This document shows, one piece after another, positions 1-10,531 of a stretch of DNA of 47,942 nt. The first letter of the stretch is position 1, and each line of letters opens with the position of its first letter. This DNA is from Actinomycetes bacterium. Its GTDB lineage: Bacteria; Actinomycetota; Actinomycetes; JAJZTN01. Location: contig JAJZTN010000002.1 of the NCBI GenBank assembly GCA_021848885.1, forward strand, positions 1 through 47,942, read 5' to 3'. Position numbers and translations under genes: made by a program. Below the pieces are notes generated by a model that had not been told where the DNA came from, searched no databases, and saw only the letters and a program-made list of their open reading frames with translations.

Positions 1-1
1 G

Positions 2-193
2 GAGTCGACCAGTCGGGACCGGTTCACCGCGATGGCGGGAGCCGGATCCGAGGACACCCCCTCATCCCGGAACAGCACGGTCGACGACGACGAGACGGCC
101 ATGGCTGCCTACAACGAGTACCTGGCCAGACTCAACCGCCCACAGGCCCCGCGTCGGCAGGGTCAGCCACCGGAGGGCTCCGACGAGAGGTAG
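2..193 (+). CDS. 3' end of a gene entering from upstream of the window (hypothetical; ...DDDETAMAAYNEYLARLN...)
   Basis: Frame is open from the window edge to TAG 191-193, with mostly G/C third positions. Absent from the ORF track because there is no start codon inside the window. No family recognised. Confidence 0.3.
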   Translation, partial: ESTSRDRFTAMAGAGSEDTPSSRNSTVDDDETAMAAYNEYLARLNRPQAPRRQGQPPEGSDER

Positions 194-252
194 GCCGCCT
201 CGGCCCACCGCACGTCTCGCGTGGCCCAGCCTCGGCGCCTCGGCGCTGCGGC

Positions 253-1545
253 TCAGCCGGCCTCGGCTCCCTCGGGCGCCGGGCCATGGTAGATCCGCCG
301 AGCCACGCGGTGGATCTTCCTGCGCTGCCAGCGGCTGCGCACGAGCGCGACGAAGACCAGCCCGATGAGCCCGCCGGCACCGACAGCGTTCGCCGGGGTG
401 GTCCAGTCCGCAAGCGCACCGACGACGAAGAACGCGGCGGTGTTGGCCAGGCTGAAGCCCGCACCGGCCAGTCCGTTGACCAGGCCACGCTGTTCGGGTC
501 GGCTGGCAAGCGTGACGGTCGTGATGAGAGGGACGATGAAGGCCTGGCACAGGCCGGAGCCGAACCAGAGCAGCCCCACCGGCCAGGGTGAACGGACCAG
601 CGGGGTCGCGACCAGCAGCAGCCCCGAGGTGGTGGCCAGCCCGATCATGAGCTGCACCTGGCGCAGCGGCGGGACCCGGCCGAGAAGGTAGACACCGATG
701 GCGAAACCGGCCGGCACGGTGGCCATGAGCAACGAGCCGCTGATGACCGGCAGCCCGAGCCGGCGGGCATAGGTGAGCGCCACGGCCTCGGGGGCGACGA
801 GCACGAAGGCCGCCCCCCAGGCGAGCAGCACGAGCTGGCGGCGCACCGGATCGGCCGCGATGATGCGGGCACCGGAGACGAGGTCCCTCAGGTAGCCAGC
901 CACCCCGGGTGACCCCCCGCTCAGCGGCGCAGGCCGCGGGCGCAGCCCGAGCCCGACGATGAGCAGCGAGGCGAGGAAGCTCACCGAGTCCAGCAGAAGG
1001 GCGGCCGTCGGGCTGAACGCGACCAGGACGAGGCCGCCGAAGGCCAGCCCGGCCACCTGGTTCACCTGGGTCAGCACGCGGACCAGCCCGTTGCCGGCCA
1101 GGTACACCGTCGAGTCGGTGAGCACGTCCGGGATGACCGACTGCTCGGCGGCCCGGAACGGCGCGGTGAACAGCTGGGCGGCGAAGAGCAGGCCGAGCAT
1201 CGCCAGGATCTGCCCGCCCGAGGAGACCAGCAGCGCCAGCGCCGCGATGAGCACGGCCCGCACGAGGTCGCAGGTCATCATGACCCGCCGCCTCGGGAGC
1301 CGGTCAGCCAGGGAGCTCAGCAGCGCCGAGCCCACGACCACCGGCAGGAAGGTCATCGCGAAGGTGGCCGCGGCCAGCAGCGCGCTGTCGGTGCGGGCCA
1401 GGATGGTCGCGGCCAAGGCGATCCGGGCGATCCAGTCGCCGATGTCGGACATCTCCTGGGCGGCCACCAGGGCCCGGAACTCCCGGTTGGCCAACGGCAC
1501 GCGGTAACCCACACGGCGGGACGGCACCGGCGCGCTGGTGGTCAC
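253..1545 (-). CDS. MFS transporter (EntS/MFS_3-like exporter)
   Basis: 430-aa protein with many hydrophobic spans and an MFS loop motif (LADRLPRRRVMM). GTG start 1545-1543 overlaps the glnE stop (GTGA), implying translational coupling. Confidence 0.85.
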   Translation of the reverse strand: MTTSAPVPSRRVGYRVPLANREFRALVAAQEMSDIGDWIARIALAATILARTDSALLAAATFAMTFLPVVVGSALLSSLADRLPRRRVMMTCDLVRAVLIAALALLVSSGGQILAMLGLLFAAQLFTAPFRAAEQSVIPDVLTDSTVYLAGNGLVRVLTQVNQVAGLAFGGLVLVAFSPTAALLLDSVSFLASLLIVGLGLRPRPAPLSGGSPGVAGYLRDLVSGARIIAADPVRRQLVLLAWGAAFVLVAPEAVALTYARRLGLPVISGSLLMATVPAGFAIGVYLLGRVPPLRQVQLMIGLATTSGLLLVATPLVRSPWPVGLLWFGSGLCQAFIVPLITTVTLASRPEQRGLVNGLAGAGFSLANTAAFFVVGALADWTTPANAVGAGGLIGLVFVALVRSRWQRRKIHRVARRIYHGPAPEGAEAG

Positions 1546-4500
1546 CGATCCTCCGGGGCTTGGTAGAAGATCCGATCAACTACGGCCCGGGCCCGCCGCG
1601 TCGCGCGACGGTAGTCATCGACAATGCGCCCCGTGCCTTCGGGAGGGTAACCGACGGACAGCGCCACGGCACGACGGTCACGCAGGTCGGCCGGCAGCGC
1701 GTCGGCCGTACGCCCCCGGGACAACACCACAGCGTTGCGCAACCGGGTGGCCAGCCGCCACGCCTCGGTGAGCACCTCGGCGTCCTCGACGGTCACCAGA
1801 CCGGCCGCTGCGGCGGCCCTCAGCGCCGGCAGGGTGCCGGTGCAGCGCAGCCCCGGAACCGTGGCGGCGTGGCGCAGCTGAAGCAGCTGCACGGTCCACT
1901 CCACGTCGGCGAGCCCGCCGGGGCCGAGCTTGAAGTGCATCGCCGGGTCGGCCCCGCGGGGCAGACGCTCGGCCTCGACCCGGGCCTTGATCCGGCGTAC
2001 CTCGCGAAGCTCGGCCTGGTCCAGCCCGCCGGCCGGGTAGCGCAGCGGGTCGATGAGCTCGACGAACCGGTGCGCGAGCTCGGCGTCACCGGCCACCGGC
2101 TCGGCCCGCAGCAACGCCTGCCGCTCCCAGACCTCGCCCCAGCGGTGGTAGTAGGCCGCATAGGAGCCGAGGGTGCGCACGAGCGGTCCCTGGCGGCCCT
2201 CCGGGCGCAGGTCCGCATCGACCGGCAGCGGTGGCTCCGGGGAGGGCAGTGCCAGCAGCCGGCGCAGCTCGGTGGCCACTGCCAGAGCCGCATCGGCGGC
2301 ATCCGCCTCCCCGACCCCCGGGTCCGGCTCGTGCACGAAGAGCACGTCGGCGTCGCTGCCGTAGCCGGTCTCGTGCCCGCCGAGCCGACCCATCCCGATG
2401 ACCGCGATCCGGGTCGGCAACGACCCGCGCCGCTCGGCCCGCACCGCCCTCGCGGCCGCCTCCAGTGCTCCGCACAGCGTCGCGGAGGTCACCGCGGCCA
2501 GTGCCGGGCCGACCTCGTCACGGTCCAGCAGGCCAAGCAGGTCGGCGGCCGCCACCCGGAACAGCTCCCGACGCCGCATGGTGCGCACGAAACCGGCTGC
2601 CGCCACCGGGTCGTCGTTTCGGCGTACGGCGGTGAGCACCTCGGAGACCAGTGCGGCCTTCGGGCGCGGGGTCAGCTCCTCGTCCCCGGCCAGCATCTGC
2701 ACCGCCTCGGGAGCGCGCAGCAGCAGGTCCGTGACGAACCGGCTGCTGGCCAGCAACCGGGCCATCCGCTCGGCGGTCTGCCCCTCGTCGCGCAGCAGCC
2801 GCAGGTACCACGGCGTGGCCCCCAGGGCCTCGCTGACCCGGCGGAAGGCCAGCAGGCCCTCGTCCGGGTCGGGTGCGTCGGCGAACCAGCCGAGCATCAC
2901 CGGCAGGAGCGTGCGTTGGATCGCCGCGCGGCGGCTGACCCCCGCGGTGAGCGCCTCGATATGGCGAAGCGCACCGGCCGGGTCGAGATAGCCCAGCGCC
3001 TCCAGTCGGCTGCGGGCGGCCTGGGTGCTCAGCCGGACGTCGCCGGCGTCAAGCCGGGCCACGGCGTGCAGCAGCGGGCGGTAGAAGAGCTTCTCGTGCA
3101 GCCGACGCACCTCGCGGGCGTGCCGTTGCCAGGCGCCCTCGAGCTCGACCACAGGGTCATGGCGCATGCCGAGCGAGCGGCCCAGCCGGCGCAGCTCGAC
3201 CGGGTCCTCGGGCAGAACGTGCGTACGACGCAACCGGTGCAGCTGCAACCGGTGCTCCAGGCTGCGCAGGAACCGGTAGGCCTCGGCGAGGGCGGCCGCG
3301 TCGGCCCGGCCGACGTAGCCGCCGGCGGCGAGGGCGGCCAACGCCACGAGCGTGGTCGGGCTGCGCAGCGCCGGGTCGGCGCGCCCGTGCACGAGCTGGA
3401 GCAGCTGCACGGCGAACTCCACGTCGCGAAGCCCGCCCGGACCCAGCTTGATCTGGCGCTGAGCCTGCCCGACAGGCACGTGCCCCTCGACCCGGCGGCG
3501 CATCGCATGCACGTCGGTGACGAAGTTCTCCCTGGCCGCGGCCTGCCACACCAGCGGCGCCACAGCCCGCGCATAGGCCTGCCCGAGTGCAAGGTCACCG
3601 GCCACCGGGCGGGCCTTGAGCAGCGCCTGGAACTCCCACGTCTTGGCCCAGCGCTGGTAGTAGGCCAGGTGGCTGGCCAGGGTACGCACCAGCGGCCCGG
3701 CCCGGCCCTCCGGCCGCAGCGCCGCGTCGACGGGCCACAGCGTCCCCTCGGGTGTGCTCGCCGAGCACACCCGGCTCAGCCCCGACGCCAGCCGGGTCGC
3801 GGTGGCCAACGAGGCCGCCTCCTCGACGCCCTCGGGTGCCTCGGCCACGAACACCACGTCGACATCGCTGACGTAGTTGAGCTCCCGCCCGCCGCACTTG
3901 CCCATCGCGACGACCGCCAGCCGACACGGTGCCGACCCGGTCGGCAGCTCGGCCCGAGCCACCGCGAGGCTGGCCTCCAGGGCGGCACCGGCCAGGTCGG
4001 CCAGCTCGGCAGCCACCTCGTCCAGCCCGGCTGCCCCGGTCAGGTCGCGCGCGGCCAGCCCCACCAGCCGGCGACGGTAGGCCACCCGCAGCGCGTCGGC
4101 TGGGTTCTCGGCGGTGGCCACGGGCTCGCCGAGACCGCGCTCGGCCCCGACCGCGCCCAGCAGGTCGGCTCGCAGCTGCTCGGCCGTCGGTGCCGGGCAG
4201 GGGGCCTGCGCCGCCACCCGCCAGTGCTGCGGGTGGCGCACCAGGTGGTCCCCGAGTGCGGCGCTGGCGCCCAGCACGGCCAGCAGCCCCTCGGTTGGCT
4301 CGTCGGGGTGGTGCAGCGAGGCGAGCAGCTCCCCGGGGTCATCCAGCGCCTCGACCAGCCGGGCAAGGGTCCTTAGGGCAAGGTCCGGGTCAGCGGTGCG
4401 GGCCAGCGCATCGAGCAGACCCGGCGCGCCGCCAGCCGCGTCGCCTGCCGCCGCGTGCGCGACCTCGTCGAGTGACCCTTGGGCCAGCAACCGGGCGGCG

Positions 4501-4562
4501 GCCTCCGGGTCGCCGAAACCCAACCGGGCCAGGCGGCCGGGGGCGCTCTGCCAGCGGTCCAC
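1542..4562 (-). CDS. glnE: Bifunctional glutamine synthetase adenylyltransferase/adenylyl-removing enzyme
   Basis: 1006 aa with two repeated nucleotidyltransferase halves (GKxGGRELNYxSDVDVVFV and GRLGGHETGYGSDADVLFV). Sits directly downstream of glnA2, as in other actinobacteria. Confidence 0.95.
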   Translation of the reverse strand: MDRWQSAPGRLARLGFGDPEAAARLLAQGSLDEVAHAAAGDAAGGAPGLLDALARTADPDLALRTLARLVEALDDPGELLASLHHPDEPTEGLLAVLGASAALGDHLVRHPQHWRVAAQAPCPAPTAEQLRADLLGAVGAERGLGEPVATAENPADALRVAYRRRLVGLAARDLTGAAGLDEVAAELADLAGAALEASLAVARAELPTGSAPCRLAVVAMGKCGGRELNYVSDVDVVFVAEAPEGVEEAASLATATRLASGLSRVCSASTPEGTLWPVDAALRPEGRAGPLVRTLASHLAYYQRWAKTWEFQALLKARPVAGDLALGQAYARAVAPLVWQAAARENFVTDVHAMRRRVEGHVPVGQAQRQIKLGPGGLRDVEFAVQLLQLVHGRADPALRSPTTLVALAALAAGGYVGRADAAALAEAYRFLRSLEHRLQLHRLRRTHVLPEDPVELRRLGRSLGMRHDPVVELEGAWQRHAREVRRLHEKLFYRPLLHAVARLDAGDVRLSTQAARSRLEALGYLDPAGALRHIEALTAGVSRRAAIQRTLLPVMLGWFADAPDPDEGLLAFRRVSEALGATPWYLRLLRDEGQTAERMARLLASSRFVTDLLLRAPEAVQMLAGDEELTPRPKAALVSEVLTAVRRNDDPVAAAGFVRTMRRRELFRVAAADLLGLLDRDEVGPALAAVTSATLCGALEAAARAVRAERRGSLPTRIAVIGMGRLGGHETGYGSDADVLFVHEPDPGVGEADAADAALAVATELRRLLALPSPEPPLPVDADLRPEGRQGPLVRTLGSYAAYYHRWGEVWERQALLRAEPVAGDAELAHRFVELIDPLRYPAGGLDQAELREVRRIKARVEAERLPRGADPAMHFKLGPGGLADVEWTVQLLQLRHAATVPGLRCTGTLPALRAAAAAGLVTVEDAEVLTEAWRLATRLRNAVVLSRGRTADALPADLRDRRAVALSVGYPPEGTGRIVDDYRRATRRARAVVDRIFYQAPEDR

Positions 4563-4563
4563 C

Positions 4564-5901
4564 TCAGAGCACGGGCAGGTATCGGTCGATCTCGAAGGCA
4601 GTCACCTGCCGCCGGTAGTCCTGCCACTCGGCGCGCTTGTTGCGCAGGAAGAAGTCGAAGACGTGCTCGCCGAGCGTCTGGGCCACCAGCTCGCTGGACT
4701 CCATCGCGTGGATCGCCTCGGACAGGCTCGAGGGCAGTGGTGTTATGCCCAGTGCCCGCCGCTCGGAGTCGGTCAGCGCCCACACGTCGTCCTCGGCACC
4801 CTCGGGCAGCTCGTAGCCGTCCTCGATGCCCTTCAGGCCGGCGGCCAGCACCACCGCGAAGGCCAGGTAAGGGTTGCACGAGGAGTCCGGTGAGCGGAAC
4901 TCGATGCGGGTGGACTGCCCTTTGGCCGGCTTGTACATGGGAACCCGCACCAGGGCGGAGCGGTTGTTGTGGCCCCAGCAGACGTACGCCGGCGCCTCGC
5001 CGCCGCCGGAGAGGCGCTTGTAGGAGTTCACCCACTGGTTGGTCACCGCGGTGATCTCCGCGGCGTGGCGCAGCAGGCCGGCGATGAAGGAGCGGGCCAC
5101 CCGGGACAGCTGGTAGGGGGCTCCGGGCTCGAAGAAGGCGTTGCGGTCACCTTCGAAGAGCGACAGGTGGGTGTGCATGCCGGAGCCGGGGTGCTCGGCG
5201 AGCGGCTTGGGCATGAACGAGGCATGCACGCCCTGCTCGAGGGCGACCTCCTTGACCACCAGGCGGAAGGTCATGATGTTGTCCGCGGTGGACAACGCGT
5301 CGGCATAGCGCAGGTCGATCTCCTGCTGCCCCGGGGCCCCCTCGTGATGGCTGAACTCCACCGAGATGCCCATCGACTCCAGCATGGTGATGGCCGTCCG
5401 GCGGAAGTCGTGCCCCACGGCGTTGGGGGTGTGGTCGAAGTAGCCGCCGTTGTCGATGGGGACCGGCCGGCCGTCAGCACCGGCACCGCGCTCGAAGAGG
5501 AAGAACTCGATCTCCGGGTGGGTGTAGAAGGTGAACCCCATGTCCGCGGCCCGGGCCAGCGCCCGCTTGAGCACGTTGCGCGGGTCGGCGAAGGACGGCG
5601 TGCCGTCCGGGGTGAGGATGTCACAGAACATCCGGGCCGTCCCTGGGACGTCAGAGCGCCACGGGAGCACCTGGAAGGTCGCGGGGTCCGGTTTGGCCAG
5701 CATGTCCGACTCGTAGACCCGGGCGAAGCCCTCGATGGCAGAGCCGTCGAAACCGATGCCCTCCGCGAAGGCACCCTCGAGCTCGGCCGGGGCCACTGCG
5801 ACCGACTTGAGGAAGCCGAGCACGTCGGTGAACCACAACCGCACGAAGCGGATCTCGCGCTCCTCCAGGGTGCGGAGGACGAACTCTTCCTGCTTGCCCA
5901 T
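4564..5901 (-). CDS. glnA2: Type I glutamine synthetase (GlnA2-like)
   Basis: Conserved GS sequence MGKQEEFVLRTLEEREIRFVRLWFTDVLG...HTHLSLF...NPYLA. ATG at 5901-5899. The tracked 1004-aa ORF is an artefactual upstream extension antisense to nadE. Confidence 0.95.
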   Translation of the reverse strand: MGKQEEFVLRTLEEREIRFVRLWFTDVLGFLKSVAVAPAELEGAFAEGIGFDGSAIEGFARVYESDMLAKPDPATFQVLPWRSDVPGTARMFCDILTPDGTPSFADPRNVLKRALARAADMGFTFYTHPEIEFFLFERGAGADGRPVPIDNGGYFDHTPNAVGHDFRRTAITMLESMGISVEFSHHEGAPGQQEIDLRYADALSTADNIMTFRLVVKEVALEQGVHASFMPKPLAEHPGSGMHTHLSLFEGDRNAFFEPGAPYQLSRVARSFIAGLLRHAAEITAVTNQWVNSYKRLSGGGEAPAYVCWGHNNRSALVRVPMYKPAKGQSTRIEFRSPDSSCNPYLAFAVVLAAGLKGIEDGYELPEGAEDDVWALTDSERRALGITPLPSSLSEAIHAMESSELVAQTLGEHVFDFFLRNKRAEWQDYRRQVTAFEIDRYLPVL

Positions 5902-5988
5902 GGCCACAGTCTGCCCTCTTGCCTCGCGAACGTGCGGGAGGTCTCCTGCCAGCCTTTGCGCCGCATTCGGCGTCGATAGGCTCCTCGC

Positions 5989-7728
5989 GTGCCACAGCTG
6001 CGTCTGGCCCTCGCGCAGGTCAACTCCACCGTCGGTGACATCGACGGCAACGTCGAGCTGGTACGCCGCTGGACCCGCCATGCCAGCGAGCAGGGTGCCC
6101 ACCTGGTGGCCTTCCCGGAGATGATGCTCACCGGCTACCCGGTGGAGGACCTGGCGCTGCGCGCATCCTTCGTCGCCGCGTCCCGGGACGCCCTGGGGCG
6201 GCTGGCCACCGAGCTGGCCGCCGACGGGCTGGGCGAGACCGCCGTGGTGGTCGGCTACCTGGATCGCTCCCCGGTCGCGCAGCCCCGCCTGGGCCGCCCT
6301 GCCGGGGCGCCGCACAACGCCGCGGCCCTGCTGCAGGGCGGCCGGGTCCTGGCCCGCTACGCCAAGCACCACCTGCCCAACTACGGGGTCTTCGACGAGT
6401 TCCGCTACTTCGTCCCCGGTGACCGGCTCGTGGTGGCCCGGGTGCACGGCGTCGACGTCGCTCTGGCGATATGCGAGGACCTGTGGCAGGACGGTGGCCC
6501 GGTCGCTGCGACCCGCGACGCCGGCGCTGGCCTGCTCGTGGTGATCAACGGGTCGCCGTACGAACGGGACAAGGACGACGTGCGCCTCGACCTGGTCCGC
6601 CGTCGGGCCAGCCAGGCCGAGGCGACGCTCGCCTACGTCAACCTGGTGGGCGGCCAGGACGAGCTGGTGTTCGACGGCGACTCGATCGTGGTCGACGCCA
6701 GCGGCAAGGTGCTGGCCCGCGCCCCGCAGTTCGAGCAGGGCTGTTTGGTCGTGGACCTGAACCTGCCGCCCGCCACGGTGGACCCGACCGAGCTGGTCCC
6801 CGGAGTGGACCGCGTCGTGGTCAGCGCCGCCGAGCTGCCGGCGTACCCGCCAATCGTGACCGGGCAGGCCCCTCGGCTGAGCGAGCCGGCCGAGGTCTAT
6901 GCCGCGATCGTCACAGGGGTGCGCGACTACGTGACCAAGAACGGCTTCGCTTCGGTGATCCTCGGGCTCTCCGGCGGGATCGACTCGGCGCTGACCGCGG
7001 CGATCGCCTGCGACGCGCTCAGCCCGGCCCGGGTGCACGGGGTCTCGATGCCCTCGGACTACTCCTCCGAGCACTCCCGCACCGACGCGGCGGACCTGGC
7101 GGAGCGCACCGGGCTGAACTACCGGGTGGTGCCCATCGCCGAGCTGGTCAAGCCGTTCATGGCGGCTCTGGACCTGCACGGGCTGGCCGAGGAGAACCTG
7201 CAGTCCCGCGTCCGGGGTCTGGTGCTCATGGCGCTGTCCAACGCCGAGGGCCACCTGGTGCTGACCACCGGGAACAAGAGCGAGCTGTCGGTGGGCTACT
7301 CGACGCTCTACGGCGACTCGGCGGGCGGTTTCGCCCCGCTCAAGGACGTGCCCAAGACGCTGGTCTGGGAGCTGGCCCGGTGGCGCAACGAGGCGGCCGC
7401 GCGCAGCGGGGCCCGCCCGCCGATCCCACCCAGCAGCATCACCAAACCGCCCTCGGCCGAGCTGCGCCCGGGCCAGCTGGACACCGACTCGCTGCCGGAC
7501 TACGCCGAGCTCGACCCCATCCTCGACCACTACGTCGAAGATGACCGCGGAGCATCCGAGATCGTCGCGGCGGGGCACGACCCCGCCCTGGTGGAACGGG
7601 TGCTGCGACTGACCGACGCCGCCGAGTACAAGCGCCGGCAGTACCCGCCCGGCCCGAAGATCTCACTCAAGGCCTTCGGTCGGGACCGGCGCCTGCCGGT
7701 CACCAACCGCTGGCGCGAGCACGGCTGA
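5989..7728 (+). CDS. nadE: Glutamine-dependent NAD+ synthetase
   Basis: N-terminal CN-hydrolase domain (LRLALAQVN...ICEDLW) plus C-terminal NAD synthase domain (SGGIDSAL P-loop). GTG start at 5989. Confidence 0.95.
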   Translation: MPQLRLALAQVNSTVGDIDGNVELVRRWTRHASEQGAHLVAFPEMMLTGYPVEDLALRASFVAASRDALGRLATELAADGLGETAVVVGYLDRSPVAQPRLGRPAGAPHNAAALLQGGRVLARYAKHHLPNYGVFDEFRYFVPGDRLVVARVHGVDVALAICEDLWQDGGPVAATRDAGAGLLVVINGSPYERDKDDVRLDLVRRRASQAEATLAYVNLVGGQDELVFDGDSIVVDASGKVLARAPQFEQGCLVVDLNLPPATVDPTELVPGVDRVVVSAAELPAYPPIVTGQAPRLSEPAEVYAAIVTGVRDYVTKNGFASVILGLSGGIDSALTAAIACDALSPARVHGVSMPSDYSSEHSRTDAADLAERTGLNYRVVPIAELVKPFMAALDLHGLAEENLQSRVRGLVLMALSNAEGHLVLTTGNKSELSVGYSTLYGDSAGGFAPLKDVPKTLVWELARWRNEAAARSGARPPIPPSSITKPPSAELRPGQLDTDSLPDYAELDPILDHYVEDDRGASEIVAAGHDPALVERVLRLTDAAEYKRRQYPPGPKISLKAFGRDRRLPVTNRWREHG

Positions 7729-7807
7729 GCCTGCCCACGGGCAGGCGCGTGGGACGATGGCACAACACCTGGGGCGCCTGAGGGTGCCTCGAGATCGGAG
7801 GCCGGAG

Positions 7808-8743
7808 ATGTCCACCCCCTCGGTGTCCCCGACTCCACCCACGAGCGGGCCGGACGAGCTTGGCGCAGCGGGTGCGCTTGGCGCGGCGGGCAGCTCGGCC
7901 GGCTCGGCCACCGGCAACCCGGCCACGCTCTACGGCGGGGTCGCGCACCGGCGTGTGACCATCCGTGACCTGCAGCTGGCCAAGCAACGTGGTGAGCGCT
8001 GGGCGATGCTGACCTCCTACGACCAGATGAGCGCGTCGATCTTCGACGAGGCGGGCATCCCGGTGCTGCTGGTCGGGGACTCCGCTGCGAACAACGCCCT
8101 GGGCTACACCGACACCGTGCAGGTCACCGTCGAGGAGCTGCTTCCGCTGGTCCGGGCCGTGGTGCGCTCCAGCCAGCGGGCCCTCGTGGTCGCCGACATG
8201 CCCTTCGGCTCCTACCAGCGCTCCCCCGACCAGGCCCTGTCCACCGCCATCCGGTTCATGAAAGAAGGCGGTGCCCAGGCGGTCAAGCTCGAGGGCGGCA
8301 CGCGGGTCGCCGCGCACGTGCGGGCCATGGTCGAGGCGGGCATCCCGGTGATGGCGCACACCGGTTTCACCCCCCAGAGCGTGCACGCACTGGGGGGCTA
8401 CCGGGTGCAGGGTCGCGGCGATGACGGCGAGCGGCTGGTCGCCGACGCGCACGCGCTGCAGGAGGCCGGTGCCTTCGCGGTGGTGCTCGAGCTGGTCCCC
8501 GCCGAGGTGGCCAAGCGGGTCACCGCCGAGCTGACCATCCCGACGATCGGCATCGGGGCGGGCGTGGACTGCGACGCGCAGGTGCTGGTGTGGACCGACA
8601 TGGCCGGCCTGACCGGTGGGCGGACCCCCCGCTTCGTCAAGAAGTACGCCGACCTGCGGGGCGTGCTCTCGGCGGCCGCTCAGGCCTACCAGGCCGACGT
8701 GGTCGCTGGGACGTACCCCGACGGGGCGCACTCCTACCACTGA
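7808..8743 (+). CDS. panB: 3-methyl-2-oxobutanoate hydroxymethyltransferase
   Basis: Strong PanB motifs (LTSYD...[10 protein letters not shown]...KLEGG...HTGFTPQS...IGIGAG). ATG 7808 follows GGAGGCCGGAG. An alternative in-frame ATG lies at 7757. Confidence 0.92.
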   Translation: MSTPSVSPTPPTSGPDELGAAGALGAAGSSAGSATGNPATLYGGVAHRRVTIRDLQLAKQRGERWAMLTSYDQMSASIFDEAGIPVLLVGDSAANNALGYTDTVQVTVEELLPLVRAVVRSSQRALVVADMPFGSYQRSPDQALSTAIRFMKEGGAQAVKLEGGTRVAAHVRAMVEAGIPVMAHTGFTPQSVHALGGYRVQGRGDDGERLVADAHALQEAGAFAVVLELVPAEVAKRVTAELTIPTIGIGAGVDCDAQVLVWTDMAGLTGGRTPRFVKKYADLRGVLSAAAQAYQADVVAGTYPDGAHSYH

Positions 8744-8765
8744 CCCCAGCGACGCGAGCCGCACG

Positions 8766-9458
8766 ATGAGGACCGGCCGACCCGAGGGCCGGGCACGCCG
8801 CACCGGGGTCGTCGCCGTCGTCATCCTTGCCCTTCTCGCCCTGCTCGTGGACCGAGCCTCGGTGGTGCTCGCGCAGCGCTGGTCGGCCCGCCAGATCGCC
8901 GCGGCCACCAGCGCCCGCGACGTCGTGGTGCACATCGACGGCTTCCCGTTCCTCACCCAGCTGGTAAGCCGCGCGTTCAGCGGGATGCTCGTCACGGCGT
9001 CGGAGGCCTCCGGTGACGGCCTCACCCTCACCGACATCACCCTGCACGCCAGCCGGGTGCAGCTGGTCTCCCTCACCTCGGTCACCGCCGGCCAGCTCGA
9101 CGGTGGCGCCACGCTCAGCTACCCGGAGCTGGCCACCTTGCTGCGCCTGCCGGCAGGCAGCCTGAGCTACGCCGGTTCGGGACTGCTGCGAGTGAGCACC
9201 TCGATCGACGTGCTCGCCACTCGGGTCAGCGTCGTCGCGCTCGGCACCCTCACCGTGGCCGAGGGCTCGGCCACCTTCCGGCCCACCTCGGCGGTGCTCG
9301 GCGACGGCACCAGGCTCGACCCGGGGACGCTGAGGAGCCTGAGCATCACCGCCACGATGCCCGACCTGCTGCCAGGGTTGGCGGTGACCTCGGCCAGCCC
9401 CACAGCGGCGGGAGTGCGGGTGCTCATGGGAGGCAGCAACGTCACGATCCACCGTTGA
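8766..9458 (+). CDS. DUF2993 / LmeA-family membrane-anchored protein
   Basis: N-terminal TM helix (VVAVVILALLALLV) followed by the ...IDGFPFLTQL... motif typical of DUF2993. ATG at 8766, in frame with tracked ORF 8616-9458. Confidence 0.7.
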   Translation: MRTGRPEGRARRTGVVAVVILALLALLVDRASVVLAQRWSARQIAAATSARDVVVHIDGFPFLTQLVSRAFSGMLVTASEASGDGLTLTDITLHASRVQLVSLTSVTAGQLDGGATLSYPELATLLRLPAGSLSYAGSGLLRVSTSIDVLATRVSVVALGTLTVAEGSATFRPTSAVLGDGTRLDPGTLRSLSITATMPDLLPGLAVTSASPTAAGVRVLMGGSNVTIHR

Positions 9459-9469
9459 GCCAGACTCGG

Positions 9470-9492
9470 CGGGCCTGGGCGGGTCAGGCCCG
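9470..9492. terminator. Hairpin between convergent genes (candidate bidirectional terminator)
   Basis: CGGGCCTG (9470-9477) and CAGGCCCG (9485-9492) are perfect reverse complements. They lie between the stop of the DUF2993 gene (9458) and the stop of the amidase gene (9522). Confidence 0.4.
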
Positions 9493-9528
9493 GCTCAGCT
9501 GCTCGGCGGGTCAGGCCCGGCTCAGCTG
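9480..9528. repeat. Tandem direct duplication (22-nt identical core, 27-bp period)
   Basis: cgggtcaggcccggctcagctg occurs at 9480-9501 and again at 9507-9528. The second copy contains the amidase stop codon (tca 9522-9524 on the + strand). Confidence 0.9.
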
Positions 9529-10469
9529 GTGAGGAAGGCGCGCACGGCCTTGGCGATCCCGGCGGCGATGGTCTGCTGACCCACCGTGCTGTCAGCCACC
9601 GAGCCTTCGAACGGGTCGGTGAGGAAGAGCGGCTCGACGAGCGCACCGGGCATCGTGCTCGGCTGCTCCACATGCCCGGCCTGCCTCGGGCCGAGAACCA
9701 CCAGGTGCCCGTAGGAGGCACCCGCGGGCGAGACCGAGTTGCCGACGGTGTCGTCGGTGACCACGCCGATGTCGGGGACGTCCCAGTCCGGGTGGGCGTG
9801 CAGCGCCGAGACGATCGCGCTCTGCAGCAGGGTGGCAAGGCGCAGGTTCTGCTTGGCGAAGCTGCGCACCGCGTCGTACGTGGTCAACGCCCCGGCGTTG
9901 GAAGGGCTGGCCCCCACGTTGAAGTGCACCGAGACCAGCGCCGAGGCGTGGGCGAGGTTGGCGCAGATCGGTCGGGCCAGGGTGTCCTTGAGCGCGCCGG
10001 AGGCGGTCAACGCCCCGGCGGAGACATCAGCCGGGCCGAGCCTGGCGACCGGCCCGCCGGTGGTCCGGGACAGCACGACCCGGAAGCCGTCGGCACGTAG
10101 CAGGGCCGCGGCGTCCAGGACGACGGGCAGGGTCAGGTCGCGCTCCTGGATCGTCTTGCCGGTGAGGGTGACCCCGGTGCCCCCCACGTCGAGGCCGCCG
10201 TGCCCGGCATCGAGGAAGACCGTCAGGCCACGGTTGCCCTTGGTCGGCGGCAACGCCACGCACGAGCCCGGTGCGAACCGCGCAGGGTCCAACGGTGCTG
10301 GACTCGCCGCCGCGGCCGAGTAGCTGGGCTCAGCGACCGGCTTGACCTGAGCCACCTGCGCCGGCTCGCCCGGCCCCGACAGCCACCGGGTGATCACCAC
10401 GACGAGCGTCACGGTGAGCACCACGGTGCGAAGCAGCCTTCGCCGACGCTGCGCGCTCATGCGCGTCAT
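9522..10469 (-). CDS. N-acetylmuramoyl-L-alanine amidase (Amidase_3 family), secreted
   Basis: Signal/TM segment at the N-terminus, then VFLDAGHGGLDVGG...ERDLTL...SVHFN motifs of cell-wall amidases. Confidence 0.85.
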   Translation of the reverse strand: MTRMSAQRRRRLLRTVVLTVTLVVVITRWLSGPGEPAQVAQVKPVAEPSYSAAAASPAPLDPARFAPGSCVALPPTKGNRGLTVFLDAGHGGLDVGGTGVTLTGKTIQERDLTLPVVLDAAALLRADGFRVVLSRTTGGPVARLGPADVSAGALTASGALKDTLARPICANLAHASALVSVHFNVGASPSNAGALTTYDAVRSFAKQNLRLATLLQSAIVSALHAHPDWDVPDIGVVTDDTVGNSVSPAGASYGHLVVLGPRQAGHVEQPSTMPGALVEPLFLTDPFEGSVADSTVGQQTIAAGIAKAVRAFLTS

Positions 10470-10531
10470 TGGGGCAGGCTAGCCTGCCGAGCCACTGAAA
10501 CAACGGACCCGAGCACGGGACCCGGACGAGC

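Noticed and set aside
1560-4376. 938-aa plus-strand ORF opposite glnE (similar cases: 7700-9112, 12389-14230, 18803-19971, 32058-33530, 34614-35687, 38682-40517)
   Set aside because: These are typical high-GC antisense open frames: low-complexity R/G/P/A-rich translations with no motifs. Each overlaps a gene with clear family signatures on the other strand.
5902-5988. GlnR-type box (gTnAc-n6-GaAAc) in the glnA2-nadE divergent spacer
   Set aside because: Only a single loose cgAAC half-site is visible, and no convincing bipartite box.
4564-7578. 1004-aa ORF in the track that would extend glutamine synthetase by about 560 residues
   Set aside because: Only the last 445 aa (from MGKQEEF at 5901) look like GS. 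The upstream part is Arg/Gly/Val-rich antisense of the well-supported nadE gene.
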